From positions 51,679 to 71,678 of the forward strand of contig JADIIX010000112.1 in NCBI GenBank assembly GCA_027604505.1: a stretch of 20,000 bases of DNA, in the 5' to 3' direction. Numbering within the stretch: position 1 is the stretch's first letter; every line of letters begins with the position of its first letter. The notes beneath the pieces are model-generated. The model was given only the letters and a program-made list of their open reading frames with translations. It did no database searches and was not told the origin of the DNA. The DNA comes from Gonapodya sp. JEL0774. Lineage: Eukaryota. A program made the position numbers and the translations under genes. This document shows, one piece after another, positions 1 to 12,091 of the stretch.

Positions 1-1944
1 TGCGGACGAAGTCGCAGCACCGCGTCGTGTTGTTTGCGATGAACCCGACAATGTGGAGTTGCTGGCTTATTTGCACTCTGGCACATCACGGCGAACCAAG
101 TACTGGGCGCGAGACACTCAGCGTGTATTCACAGAGTTCATGGTGTACATGCCCCACTCTTACTTCGTCAACGACCACCGGCAGGGTTTCCGAGAAGAAG
201 AAATCGCCGATATTGATAAGATGGTTACAACTGGGTCAATCATCCCGGTGGAAGGCTACTGTCCTTATCCGGAGATGTTTGAGGATGAAAGCCACCTAAC
301 AGAGGAGGAAAAGGTCAGATGGCGGAAAGAGGAGATCCGACGGCTTCGAATGAGAGCGGAACTGTTCCCGAAGGTTGCGGAAGACACGGTGATTTTCGCG
401 AACTTCAACCAGCTGTACAAGGTGCGCGGAGTAGCCATTGGCTATGACATTTACCCACAACGTAATCAATTTTCATTGTCAGATCGATCCTCTTATCTTT
501 CGTACCTGGTGTAACATCTTGCGAAGAGTTCCAAACTCGATTCTTTGGCTTCTTCGTTTCCCTCCGGCTGGAGAGGTACATTTGAAGCAAAGAGCTAAGG
601 AGTACGGAGGAGAAGAAGTTGCGCAGCGAGTGATCTTCACTGGTGGGTTGATGTTAGTCCCATGTCTCTTGTCACTATCCTCATTCCCTTTCTTCAGACG
701 TCGCATCCAAGCACCTGCACATTCACCGTGGTCGCATTGCCGACCTGTTTCTCGATACTCCTGAGTGTAATGCTCATACGACTGCAGCTGATATCTTGTG
801 GAGTGGAACACCTTTGATCACATATCCAAAGTATGAGTTCAAGATGTGCTCTCGTGTTGCTGCGAGCATTGCGTATGGAACGGGCACGTGGCCTGAAGCA
901 GAGCAAGCGGACATGATGAGGGAGCTTGTTTCGATCCAACACCTGGAAGATACTAACTGGGAGGCGGTGCAGGAGCAAGCCTTGCGGTACGCAGAACAGA
1001 AGGGCAAGATCGTTACAGGAACGTCTTCTCTCCATGGAAACGATAATTGGATAGAGCTTGAAGGAATGAAGCAAATTCGAGGAGGCAAGACCGGTCGAAG
1101 CGAACGGTTGAGAAGCCCGGCGTACCTCGGACACCTGATGGTTTGTACGAGCTATCAGGAGTATGAGGATAGAGCAGTGAGTTTTGGCGCCGGGTTGAAA
1201 TGGGGATGGAAAGCGATTGCACAACCGAACACCAGGACGCTGTCTGAAGTGCATTCGCAAGGTATTACGTGGAACCGCAACGAAGATTCGTTGGATACGC
1301 GGAGCCAAACTCGCCAAACGAGCGGTCAGGGCAAGGAGCTTTCAAGAGAGATAAGCTCGACCGCTCCGACAAAAATCAAACCTCCTTCGGCGGTGCACGC
1401 CCACAATGTAGTACACCAATTTGGACTTGGCTTTTCGACTCCTTTCCTCACAGCTTCAAGTCCAACCACACGAAACCAGTTGCAGACACCGTTCTATCCA
1501 ACGAAAGCCGCGCCAACCCACATATTTGCACCATACGGACCACTCGTTCGACTGAGGAGACGATTGTTTCTCAATCGCGAGGACATGCCCTTGTTTGATA
1601 CGGCAAAATGGGTGCGAGACTTGGAACGGGGTATTTTGGACTGCTGGGCCAGATGGGAGCGCGGCTGGGCGAAGCTGCAAGCGCGCAACAGGCGGGAAAT
1701 CGAAGAGGGTGGGGCCAACGGACTGGGAAGACTGGAATCTCGGGATCCTCCAGGTGCAGGAGAACGAAAGAAGCGCCGACGTGAGGCAGAGAGTAGTACT
1801 TTTGAGAACAATTCGCTGCCGCGTGGGAACATCGGGGGCAGGGCCATCATTCGGCAAAGCGGGTCAGTTGAGCACGTTCAAGGTCGGAGGGTCTCCACCA
1901 GGTGCATCTGGATAGAAGACGAGTTGTTGACTCCTAGATGGTGA
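1..1944 (+). CDS. OGT: O-GlcNAc transferase (glycosyltransferase family 41), C-terminal catalytic part, 5'-truncated by the window. Exons <1-421, 483-642, 698-1944
   Basis: The spliced translation gives GT41 motifs: MPHSYFVNDHRQ, VIFANFNQLYK|IDP, ILRRVPNSILWLLRFPPAGE, RVIFT|DVA, IADLFLDTPECNAHTTAADILWSGTP, MCSRVAASI, YEDRAV and PLFDTAKWVRDLERG. Introns 422-482 (GTGCGC..CAG) and 643-697 (GTGGGT..CAG) restore the frame. Confidence 0.95.
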
Positions 1945-2118
1945 CTTCGTAGAGGTTCATGGTGCCGTTGCAAAATGTTTTATCAACCACCTGAATATAC
2001 AGTTACTCGGAATTATATTTTATTGGGGTGTTTCCGGGGGTTGAGTTACATAGATCAGGTTTCACAATGAGCACGTATAAGTTTCCACGAGCTATACTCA
2101 CGCATTGATTCGGTAATA

Positions 2119-4972
2119 ATGGCAGCAGCAGCTTCTCCCGAGCCACCTTCGCCACCATCAACACCTCTTAGTCTGACTGCACGCCTTCGTGAACGCATTT
2201 CCTCCCTTCCCCGTGCTATCGCTTCGCGACCTCTTCGACTAGCATTTTTTGGACTCTTCGTCTATGTAAACGCCCAATCTTACAAAAGACAAAAAGAATT
2301 TCTTACTGTTTCCGATTCAACTGTTCTAAGGTGGCGGCTCGATGTGAGTTTTGGAACAAGATGCTTGTTGCGACAAGGGGAACGAACTGGACAGTACCTT
2401 CGCATTCTCATCCAATGTATCCAATTTCACCCGATTGTCTGACTTGCATTTCGGGATCTCGCGCTGACAGAAAACTTCCATTACGGAAGCTCCCCCGGAG
2501 GCTGGCTTTTCGCTTGGTAGCTTGCTTTCACCGGGTCCAGGAGGGCCGTTGGCGAGCCTTACCCAGAGAGGGGTAACTCTCTACGATTTTATTAAGACTC
2601 TGAAAGATGCAGAGAACGATGAGCGTGTCGTGGGATTAGTACTGGATCTGGCGAGTGCCGGACCAATGGCTGTTCAAGAACGACTGGGGTTGGCCCAAGT
2701 GCAAGAAGTGAAGGAAGCTTTGAACAGCTTTCGAAAAACGAAAATTGAGCAATTCAAGGATACTCCTGAGAAGTGGCAAAAGATGGTTGCTGTCACGGAT
2801 TCCTTCGGTGAGTGACGCGGTGGCGCTGAACAGGCTAGCCCCCTAGCATTGGTGCCATGCTAGAAACTCCGGTGCCTATGCTCCAAGATTCACAGGTTGC
2901 GTATTACCTCGCGTCATCGTTTGACTCCATCTCACTTGAGCCGGTCGGCGTGTTACCCTTGGTCGGTGTAAGCGTGAGTTGTTGAGTGAAAAAGTTTAAA
3001 CGAGAATGACACATCCAGTGACCTCAATGAGGGTTGCATGAAACATCGCCAGACTGTACAACCTTTCGTCAAAAATTTATTAGACAGATTGCAATTGTAC
3101 CCGCGAGTCTTCACCAAGGAACAGTACAAGGGGGTATACTCGTTCCTCCAAGGAACTGGGTTTTCCGACCCTATCCGTGAGAATACAACTTCCTTCGTGA
3201 CATCTTTGAATGATCAGCTCGTGGAGGGCATCGCTCGTGGACGTTGGAGATGGCTTCATAATGCAGAGGACTCACTCAATCGTATCGAACGAGGGGAGTT
3301 TTTGGGAGAATCTGGCGAACCTGAGGACTACGCAGATGTTGTTGTCACACCGCCAGCCTCAGCATCTTATGATGAGGCCACCGAAAAGGAACGTCGTGCG
3401 GCCATCAGCACCGTGGAACGAGTTCTGGACTTGGGAGGTCTTTCGGCCCGAGAAGCGCTATCGTTGGGGCTTGTTGATATCCTGAACTACCGAAGGCTCA
3501 TGGTCGAACGTTTCTCGAAAGAGAAGGCGACTCAAGGAATGTTTGGTGAGAAGAAAGTGAAGGAGAACAAAAGTATGTCTATACCTCGGTGAGTTTATTG
3601 CTCGTGGTTTCCTTCGATGAGCTCGTTCTTGTTTGAAACACATCGGAATGCACTAAGTTACAAAGCTGCCCGAGCGTTTGAAAAACGTACTGGAGTCGCC
3701 CGATACGCGAGCACTGCAGGATATCCTTTGCCCGCAGACGCTACACCATCAATAAATCTGTCGGTTTGGAAAACCGGGGAGAAGCCCAAACCTCCCAACA
3801 AAGTTACTGTCGGCATGGTATATATCACTGGTATGATCAGGAAAGGAGATGGCCACGACGGATCGTCGAACCTTGTTCAAGCACTCGTCGATGCCGGAAA
3901 AGACTCTGATATTGAGGCACTAGTAATAAGGATTGGTGCGCTGAATTTCTGTTTGGCATCTTGAAAAGTCTTGGTTTTGACAGTTGATGATGAACCCCAA
4001 CCAGATTCTGGAGGAGGTGATGCAGGAGCATCCGATACGATTTGGGAAGCAGTAAAAGCCGTTTCTAGTTCCTCGGGAAAACCTATTGTTGCAAGTTTCG
4101 GTAATACGTGTGCTTCGGGTGGTACGTCCAGGACCTGTTGTTGCACAGCAAACTGTTACGCCTCTTGATATCGCCCCTCTGTCAGGTTATTACATCGCGG
4201 CAGCCTGCAACCGAATTTTTGCAAGCCCGGGAACTGTGACAGGTAGCATTGGCGTTGCGGCAATGAAGCCCTACGTTTCTGGAGAATTTTTGGACAAAAT
4301 TGGTGTGACGATTGACAGCATATTTACTTCAGAAGGAGCGAAGAACGGCTCCATCTTCCACGATATCGAGGGTCGAACTCTCGATCGCATGTTGAAGAGG
4401 ATGGAGGAATCGTATGTTATTTTCAAAAAGAGGGTGGCAGAAGGTCGTGGCTGGAGTTTGGATAAGGTGGGGTCCATTGCGGGCGGTAGAGTTTACACTG
4501 GCCTTCAAGCGTACAAGCTTGGGCTCGTTGATGAATTGGGTGGGACTCACGACGCTGTCCGGTACGCGGCGACAAGAGCAATGGAGAAGCGACTGGACAC
4601 TTTACCGGAGGAGCTGAAAGCTATTGTGGAAAAGGTCGGCAAAGTAGGACCACCGGAAGAAGTTGACCTAAAAATATTTCCTGCACCCAAATCGGTGTTT
4701 GCAAGGGGTGAGTTAACAGTGAATGTTCTGTGAGCGGACGAGTTTTCGTTAACGTGCCGACGGGTACAGCTGGTGACTTTGAAGACATCGATAACACTCG
4801 TTGGCTGCGGATGGCCAGCAATTTTGTCTCGGGTGTGGCGATGCAAGTTGCTCGAACAGTGTGGTATTCCAGCGGATCCCACCTTGAATGGGAGCGCAGT
4901 TTGGTCGATTTCCCAGGGCGGATGGAGACACGTTTCGAAGATAGAACTTTAACGACTGGCCTTCGGACATAA
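2119..4972 (+). CDS. sppA: S49 family signal peptide peptidase (SppA/protease IV, two-domain type). Exons 2119-2343, 2471-2807, 2888-2973, 3053-3588, 3658-3935, 4005-4121, 4186-4707, 4770-4972
   Basis: Motifs LKDAENDERVVGLVLDL, LGLAQVQEVKEALNSFR, AYYLASSFDSI, YKG (candidate catalytic Lys), ALVIRI|DSGGG, KPIVASFGNTCASG|GYYIAAAC (catalytic Ser), TGSIGV and IAGGRVYTGLQAYKLGLVDELGG. All seven GT-AG introns are phase-consistent. There is a hydrophobic segment near the N-terminus (LAFFGLFVYV). Confidence 0.92.
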
Positions 4973-5256
4973 TATATTCGTGGAAATTTTGGTTTGGCCA
5001 CTTCCAGATCATCTGGTGCCTCTTCGTGGAGAGCTTCGAAGGAGTCGTATTGTCCTATGAGCCATCAAAGACGATCCACTCCGCAACCAGCTGAAGAAAG
5101 AAGAAATCGAAATCCGAGTTCAACGAGAGTGTGAGGTTAATGCCCAACTCACGCTGGTGTCAGGTGATACCCAGACGAACCCCTATTCATTGTCCACACC
5201 ATGCATACAAACTTTTCAGAACATCTGAGCGGTCACTTTTACGGATTGTTGCCGAC

Positions 5257-6115
5257 ATGGCATCTCTAAATGGAAGCGCGGCCATCCAACTTCCCCTGAC
5301 ACCGCGTTTTGGGTTGACGCGGCGCGAATGGTTCAAGTAGGTGCGCGATCACGCTGTTTCTCGTATGTTCAGAGAGAATCTTTAATTTTTTGCATAAAGG
5401 AACGTAGCAAATCGAATCATGTACTCGCGTTTCTACACTGCGTTGTACCTCGGGATGGCAGCACTCTCACTTGCAGCGATCATTTTGGTATGTAGGACAA
5501 GGTGGACGCCCACATCCTCTTACGTGGAACTGAATTATAAGAGAAAAGTCATTCCTGCATCCATGCCCGACTTGGTACTTCATTTTGATGGACGTACTGC
5601 TTAATGTTATCATTGTAGTTGAGGTGGTTCTTCGATACACTGCACTGGGGAAGTTGTTCTGGAAGTCATGGTGGAACGTGTTCGAGTGAGGATGACTTGT
5701 GATTGAGTATTCGCAGTTGATGCAGTTGACGAATTGCCTTTTGTTCAGCCTCGGGGTGTCTATCCTTTGCGTCGCCACTCTTGTCCTGTTGTGCGTCCAC
5801 TTCACCACGTGTGATGCTACTTCTTTCCGAGAAAACGTGGCAGACCTAGCGCTCATAATCGTGCGGAATGGAGTGCAACTTGTGAGAATGCTCTTCATGC
5901 TGCGAAAGTGAGACCTGAACTGGCAACGTCTTCCGTTGCTTAGCTACTCAATGTAGTGATGACTTTTGATTTACCGACCAATATTTTCTTACAGAAACAA
6001 ACGGGGTCTCTTCAATAGACCGGCGCCGATCGAGTTTTCCAACCAAAACGACGAGCGATCACTGCTCGGTCCAGACGATGAAACTTTAGACTGGGACGGT
6101 ACACAGGAAGTGTGA
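5257..6115 (+). CDS. Small four-helix membrane protein resembling the S1-S4 voltage-sensor part of Ion_trans, with no pore domain, ~194 aa. Exons 5257-5336, 5400-5487, 5549-5685, 5749-5907, 5995-6115
   Basis: Spliced product: ...WFKNVANRIMYSRFYTALYLGMAALSLAAIIL|SFLHPCPTWYFILMDVLLNVIIVVEVVLRYTALGKLFWKSWWNVFD|LGVSILCVATLVLLC...ADLALIIVRNGVQLVRMLFMLRK|NKRG... It has an S2 ExxxR, an S3 WNxxD and a basic S4-like helix. Summed exon length is 585 nt, in frame. A GTGAGT overlapping the stop could indicate a further exon. Confidence 0.8.
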
Positions 6116-6665
6116 GTCAGAACATGCTTTGTTTGGAAGTGTGAAAAGTGTCTCTTGTACGCCGGCTTGGTGAAATTTTCTGTGCGGTTCCCCAAACAGA
6201 GTCCCGTCCAACCTCCCCTCACACCTAAGTTCAAATCACAACAATGTTTTGTGGGACGAAGAAGATGACTTTGTATGAAATAGTGAGATGTACTTATCCG
6301 GGTAGGAGATGGAAACATTAATTTCGTCTGATACCAACCATGCATTCAGGTTGAAGCTACATTGTTCGTGTCAAATAGCATGCTGTCATGGAAACGCTGT
6401 GCTTTGACTTTGTACGAGAAAAATTTCATGATTACGTGACGATGGGGTATGGATCTCAGTTCTAAACGGGCGCTTCACGTTATGCCGTCAACATCTGTGG
6501 TGGAAGCGTTACAACAATCTGGGATCAACTGTGCTCACAAAGCGTAGTCGGAAATCCACGCGTACCCACCAATAACTTCTTCCGAAACTTTGGTGACATG
6601 GACCCTGATTTGGGGTTGTGGAATCAAATCAGGCAACTCGAATAGCACATTCTCGTAGTAATGAC

Positions 6666-8502
6666 TCACCCATGAGGGGACACTACCAGAGACCTGAATG
6701 GCTGGATTCCCTTTGCTTCGTTGGAAGGTGCCACGATGGCAACATTTGGACTTGTTGGTGGTCCACGATCAAAGGGAATGTCGAAGACCCCCGACTTCCC
6801 AAAGGATAGTACTTCCATGGGGGGTCGGCTAAATGTATTTTGATGTCGTAGGTATGTTTTTGAGTGGTCTGAGGTCGGGGGGAGGGGAGGGACAGGATTT
6901 CGTGTTTGTTCAGGCGGGGAGCTGGAAGTGGGCGTACAGGATCCAGTTGTGGTACTGCTAGTTTCAGCTTCTCCGTTGCCAGGTACGCGCCATGTGAATC
7001 GCAGTTTCAAGTCAGAGAGGGCTGTAACAGTGGGGATAAGACCTGCGTTTCGTGTTGCTCGCATGGATGTTGGGTACGATTGCGTGCCGTTTGATAAAGA
7101 GTCGTATGTCGAAAAAGAGTGTTGAGTTGCGGTGACTTCCTGTGGAGTAGGGGGTGGTGGGAACATTGCCGGTGGATTGGAAGGGTATGGAGGAAGGGAG
7201 TTGGAGCGGTTCTGGAAATGATGCAAGATACTAGGTTGGCGGCCCTATTGATCGGAATCAGAAATACGTTTGCAGTGAAACTCATCTACAAACAAGAAAC
7301 AGCAATGGATACGTACGGGAACAGGAGGAGATGCGGGTCGATCTTCTGTTGGAGCGGGAAACAAAAATTTCAATCATAGCGATCGCCATCAAGACGCAGA
7401 TGTATTTTACTCCTCACCTCGGTAACGTTTCACACCACCCAATCTGCCCTTGTGTGGGGATGTTCGCCGCTTCCCATTTCCTATTGCCAGCACCACATGG
7501 GAAACAATACGAGTTTCCGGATACATGGAAACGGCTTAAGACACCCGTGAAAAGTTGCAGTCACAACTCACGTCGCTTCCCGGCCTCGGTGCTCCCTTCG
7601 GAGCCTGAGTCAGACGACCATTCGACATATGGAGAGGTCGGCCGGCCAACGTCACTGTTTGTAAAGCGTGATGCAGCATCTCTGCACATATCATTAAAGT
7701 GTGAAAGAGAATGTGATGTGAACTTCGCGCGTCAGAAACGGCAAAACCTGCACCCACCTGGCAGCCTGTCTCGTGCCTCGAGGGCCGAGTCCCAAGCACT
7801 TCTCGAGATGTTGGGCGAACTTCTGTGCGCCGTGGTGTCTACCGCATTCGGGGCAGATGATCGGGTCAAGGCTGTCCACACGTTGGTGGAACGACCGGTT
7901 GTGCGCTAATGGGATTTGACAAGGGGAGGTCGTTTGGTAAGGAGCATTCCTTCACAGAAAATGGCTCCACCAAGACTTTGAGGAACTTGCATCCGATCGA
8001 CTCACATATATCTCGGCAACTTCGAGGGTTACGTTGATAAAATGAAAGGTGCATATCTTTTAGGTAACAACACCAACAGCGCTTTCGAGGAACAAGCTCA
8101 TCAAATCAAGGACAATCCAGCGACATGGCGATTCCAAGTTGTTCAAAAACGACTTTGCAAGCTTTGTGCGTTGGTATTTTCCTGGTCTTCGATGATGGCG
8201 AGATGGGTGGGAAGATTCAGGTGGGGATCCTCCAAACTCACTTTCTCCCACAGACCTGGCAAGGCCTAGTGATGAGCCTGGCGTCCCGAGTCGTTGCCAG
8301 GGCCAATTCGAAGACGCATTCTTCGAGCAAATCGTCGAAAAGCTCCGAATCCTTCCAGAACCAAAGGGTGTTCGGGTGAGGATCGCATTCCCCAGAGCCA
8401 AGGAATTGAGGTTGGAAACGACTCCCGCGTGAGGGGAACTGCGAGAAAAATTGCACACAGGATAAACATCGAACATACCAGAGACTGGCCAGTCTCCGTC
8501 AT
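6666..8502 (-). CDS. SGF11: SAGA deubiquitination module subunit Sgf11/ATXN7L3-like with a long P/S/T-rich tail. Exons 8502-8479, 8351-8242, 8019-8006, 7905-7758, 7681-7572, 7480-7418, 7345-7317, 7244-6666
   Basis: Sgf11 zinc finger ICPECGRHHGAQKFAQHLEKCLGLGPR and an N-terminal helix ELFDDLLEECVFELAL, resembling the Sus1-binding region. The introns are phase-consistent. The exact start and last exon are less certain because a GTGAGT overlaps the stop at 6666. Confidence 0.85.
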
Positions 8503-8651
8503 CGTCGCGTTCCTCCGCTCTGCCGTCCAGTGTGGCGAAGAAAGTAGTGTAGTATGCTGTGAGCACCCAACCTCCACGGATACCTCATTCCTCATATTAA
8601 TATCAGTGCGTTCGACCATAAGCATATCATTCTCCCTGAAAGATTAAGTCT

Positions 8652-10725
8652 CTATTTGTGTCCAAATTGCTGCACTACGTTTTGAAGCGCTCCCATCGGG
8701 TTCCCGAATACCTCCAACAACTTACTTTCAAACGACGACATTAGACCATTTTCGGTCTCGTCCAGCAACCGAGCTCTGAAAAGTCACGTCACTACAGAGT
8801 TTGCGACAGTGTGAGGAAAAGATGGGGACTTACATTTGCTCGTTCGCCTTGGGTTGGATTTTCGGTAAGAGAATGTTACGGATTGCACCTTCACCAGCCT
8901 GGATCGGTCCCGAACGTCGTCATAAACAACGTTGTATTCCGAAGTGAAAAGGAATGACTAGCGTGCTCGCCCACCTGCACAATGTTCTGGACAAAGTCAA
9001 TTAGTCCTCGCTGCCCGTCCGCATCTGGCACCTGTTCGGGAAGGTCACGGTTCCCAGAGATGCCACCTAGAACCTTTGCGACTATATGGGGCGCGTGAGA
9101 TGGGTGTCTGGACACTTGTAAAGTATGCCAAAAAACACGGCGGTCTCGTGCAACCCACGAGACGAACAACTCACTTGCTCGGTCCACGACGTCCGGGATG
9201 ATGGCTTCCAAGCCCGGCTTCGTGCCTTGAAGGATATCACGCACCTGTGCATTGTTGTCCGCGCCATCGAGAGGGGACCCACCGGAGAAGGAAAGATGTG
9301 CGTGTTGGTGATGGAGGGACAGAGGAGGGGGATGGATGATAAGTTCCAAATCCGAAGTTTTAGCCATGGCAACGCACCTCTGGTCGAACCATTTGCACAA
9401 TGGTCGGAACTTTTGACTTGATATCCCCACCAGTAAGGAGCTGTTGCGCTCCCTTGTAAGCCTCGACCGCGCCAATTTTCTTGTCGACGCAAGAGACCGT
9501 GGATTGGGACCGTGTTCAGCACCGTCACGGAAACAACCATGAGCCGCCTGTATCCCCCCGGAATCACGTACCCCGTCCGAGCCGTCGAAGTCAGCAACGG
9601 CTTTTGTCCGGTTGATGACCACATTTGTGACCGCCTTGCCGACATGCTCCATCACCGCATCGAGTTGAGGTTTGAGGTCTTGGGTGATCTATCGACCGGG
9701 GAATATTGGACACAAACCAGCGTCAACTACTTTTGGCACCAGCTGTCAACTTGAGACAAAATGCCCCCGTCGAGCAACTCCCATCCAACACCCCACACAT
9801 CCCTGCAAAACGACATCCCCCAAACAGACGTCGCCCACTTACCGACGCGACCAGCGGTCCCACTTTCCCTTGTACCAATGGCGCGAACCTACCACGCAAA
9901 AGGCAGGGCACACACACGCAAAGGAGTTCAGTCTCCGTGTCAACGCGCAACGCCACAACACCTTCACAGCGAAGCATCAGCTCCCACCCATCCCTCCTCC
10001 CCCAATCCGGTTCGCCGCGTGTTTCAGGTACCCGGTTTCCCACTCACTGCGGTGGTAATTCCGACTGCATCACTGCCTCTGCGGCCCTGGGGATTTCAGT
10101 TTGGCTGGATTGTTTGAATTCCTCAACCTGGGATAATTGGTCGCGAGGAACCGTGTGATAAGGGTGAAAACAGGAGGGAGTTTGGGAACCAATGTAAGAA
10201 GTGCCAGATTGCGAAAACGCTTCACATCACGTTCTACCGCCGCTCCGCTGATTGCCTCCGACCGTGTGTTCTGGTCGTGCTCTGGTCCGTCCACTGGACC
10301 CGACCCGATCCACCCCAAGCAACCCACCTTCTTGTCGGACTCGGCTTGCACGGCAGGTCTAAGTTTCGATTCAATCACCCCGCCTGCCACATTGGTGACT
10401 GGTATGAGGGCGTGGTGGGAGGCGGGATGGGGACAGGATTGGGGGTTGCGTGGTGTGGAATCACGGGAGAAGTGACGTGCGACCGTACGACCGGCGATTC
10501 GAATACGGGCATTCCAGTTGAACCATCAAGCTCAGCGTCGTTGCCTTCCTTTGTCTCGTGAGATCCGCGAGGAAAAAAATGCGACCACGTACGGACTGTC
10601 CCGAGCGCGTTGAGGATCGACGTTCCACCCGCGCCAGTGGTGGATTGCCCCTGGCCGTGTCCCTGCTGTTGCTGATGCTGGAGGGCCTCCGATCCGAGTT
10701 TCCCGAGTTCGTTGAGAAAGTCCAT
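8652..10725 (-). CDS. Uncharacterised ~304-aa amphipathic alpha-helical protein. Exons 10725-10593, 10398-10328, 10127-10048, 9888-9843, 9688-9572, 9479-9378, 9244-9175, 9081-8975, 8898-8834, 8775-8652
   Basis: Nine GT-AG introns give a continuous 915-nt frame from ATG to TAG: MDFLNELGKLGSEALQHQQQQGHGQGQ...VAGGVIESKLRPAVQAESDKKVEEFKQSSQTEIP...ITQDLKPQLDAVMEHVGKAVTNVVINRTK...GLIDFVQNIVQAGEGAIRNILLPKIQPKANEQIARLLDETENGLMSSFESKLLEVFGNPMGALQNVVQQFGHK. I recognise no family. Confidence 0.8.
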
Positions 10726-11998
10726 TCTGGGTTTCTGCGATTGGTTTTGTGTGGAATTGTGTGGGCGGCATTTGGAGAGTGACCTCGTGCCTCAGGGATG
10801 CTCAGGGGAGTTGCACGGAACCCACGAGATTCTCGTTGTTCAAACATACTTTTGCACGTACATACATATTAAGAAAGCAACTGAAAGCTACTGCATCGGT
10901 CACCAGTCTTCCTACCAGCACGACATTGTATGTATGATTGTCTGGAACATTAGACGACGGGAACGCACAGTGGTTCCGGATTCCGATGACTCCATGAGGA
11001 CATGAATACATGCCAGCGCACGTTGCAAAGGGGCGCATGTTTGCGGAGGTGTGCGGGGCAAAAAGGGAACTCAGAGCCGCCGCTGTGATGATCATGGAAA
11101 CCTACCCAAACGAAATTTCGAGTGGCTAATAACGGGACACAGCGGCAGAGAGCGTTCTCTTCCTGAGTGTTATTTTATGCATGTAGTACGTGCTGTACCA
11201 ATGAATTCATCTACGGATTAAGGTACATAATAATAACGTGGTGTTGGGCCGGAGGTGGTCCGGCGGGGGCAGGAAGCACAGATCAAGGGGCACCAGAAAG
11301 TTGAAAAGACCATCATTCACTCTCAAGATGAGCTGATCGATGGGCCACTGCTCCCACTGCTCCCACTCCCCATCGTCATCTGCGCAAGGCTCTCTATTCT
11401 TCTCCATCCCGGCCACGCGCATTCCCAACTCCCGCTTCTCCGCTCTGCCCTTGCGAGGATTTCCTTGGTGTCGTGGTGTTATAGGCGAAGCCGACTGACG
11501 TCACTCTTGAGGACAGCCCCTGTCGGAGAGGCGCGTCCGTTTCTCCCTCGGCGCTAACCGCCTCAGGTTTCTGCGGCGCTGCACGCAGAGGTTTGGAAAA
11601 AGGTCGAGACGGTGAACAGTGGCTGACCCAGCGTCCCCCCGTCTACATGCAGCCAAGGGCTTCGTCTCCTTCGGGCGTGGGCAGGCGTCCACTTATAGAG
11701 GGCGGTTGAAGTGGAGCTGATTCCATTCGGTGAGTGGATGTTGCAACACTAGAGTCAGAGCCTTCTTCGCTCGACGTCGATCAGCTTCCTGAGTCACTGT
11801 CGCGGTTTCCCAGGGACCTTGCCCAGTCCGGAGAGGGGACGCAAGCACCACAGTGAAAAGGGAGTACAACGGGCAGCTTACTCCGCCGCGCACTCCGTCA
11901 CATTTAAGGACGTGATTAAGCGCGAGGGAGGTGGAAAGTGGGCTGGTGTTCGCTTTTTAACTACAGCAGGTCCAGTGGCATGGCTGCACATACCGTAC

Positions 11999-12091
11999 CG
12001 TGCGAGTACCCCGACGGTACGTCACTGTGCATGTAACGTGCGAGTACCCCGACGGTACGTCGTTGTTCATTTCACGTGCTAGTACCCCGAC
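11999..12091. repeat. Tandem repeat, 38-bp period, ~2.5 copies
   Basis: CGTGCGAGTACCCCGACGGTACGTC is identical at 11999 and 12037, and a partial copy CGTGCTAGTACCCCGAC starts at 12075. Confidence 0.9.

Noticed and set aside
694..1857. Long antisense ORFs over OGT
   Set aside because: They are shadows of the coding strand with no motifs.
2119..4972. Bacterial contamination or recent transfer of sppA
   Set aside because: It has seven canonical spliceosomal introns and is tightly linked to eukaryotic genes.
9170..9180. GC-AG donor (GCAAGT) in the helical-protein gene
   Set aside because: The adjacent GTGAGT donor at 9174 gives the correct phase with acceptor 9082.
11200..11900. Possible gene or pseudogene in short ORFs (including WEQWEQW from a 9-bp duplication)
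   Set aside because: I could not build a consistent spliced frame or find a recognisable domain.
11999..12091. CRISPR-like array
   Set aside because: The context is eukaryotic, there are only ~2.5 units, the linkers are 13 bp and similar to each other (8/13 identical), and there are no cas genes.
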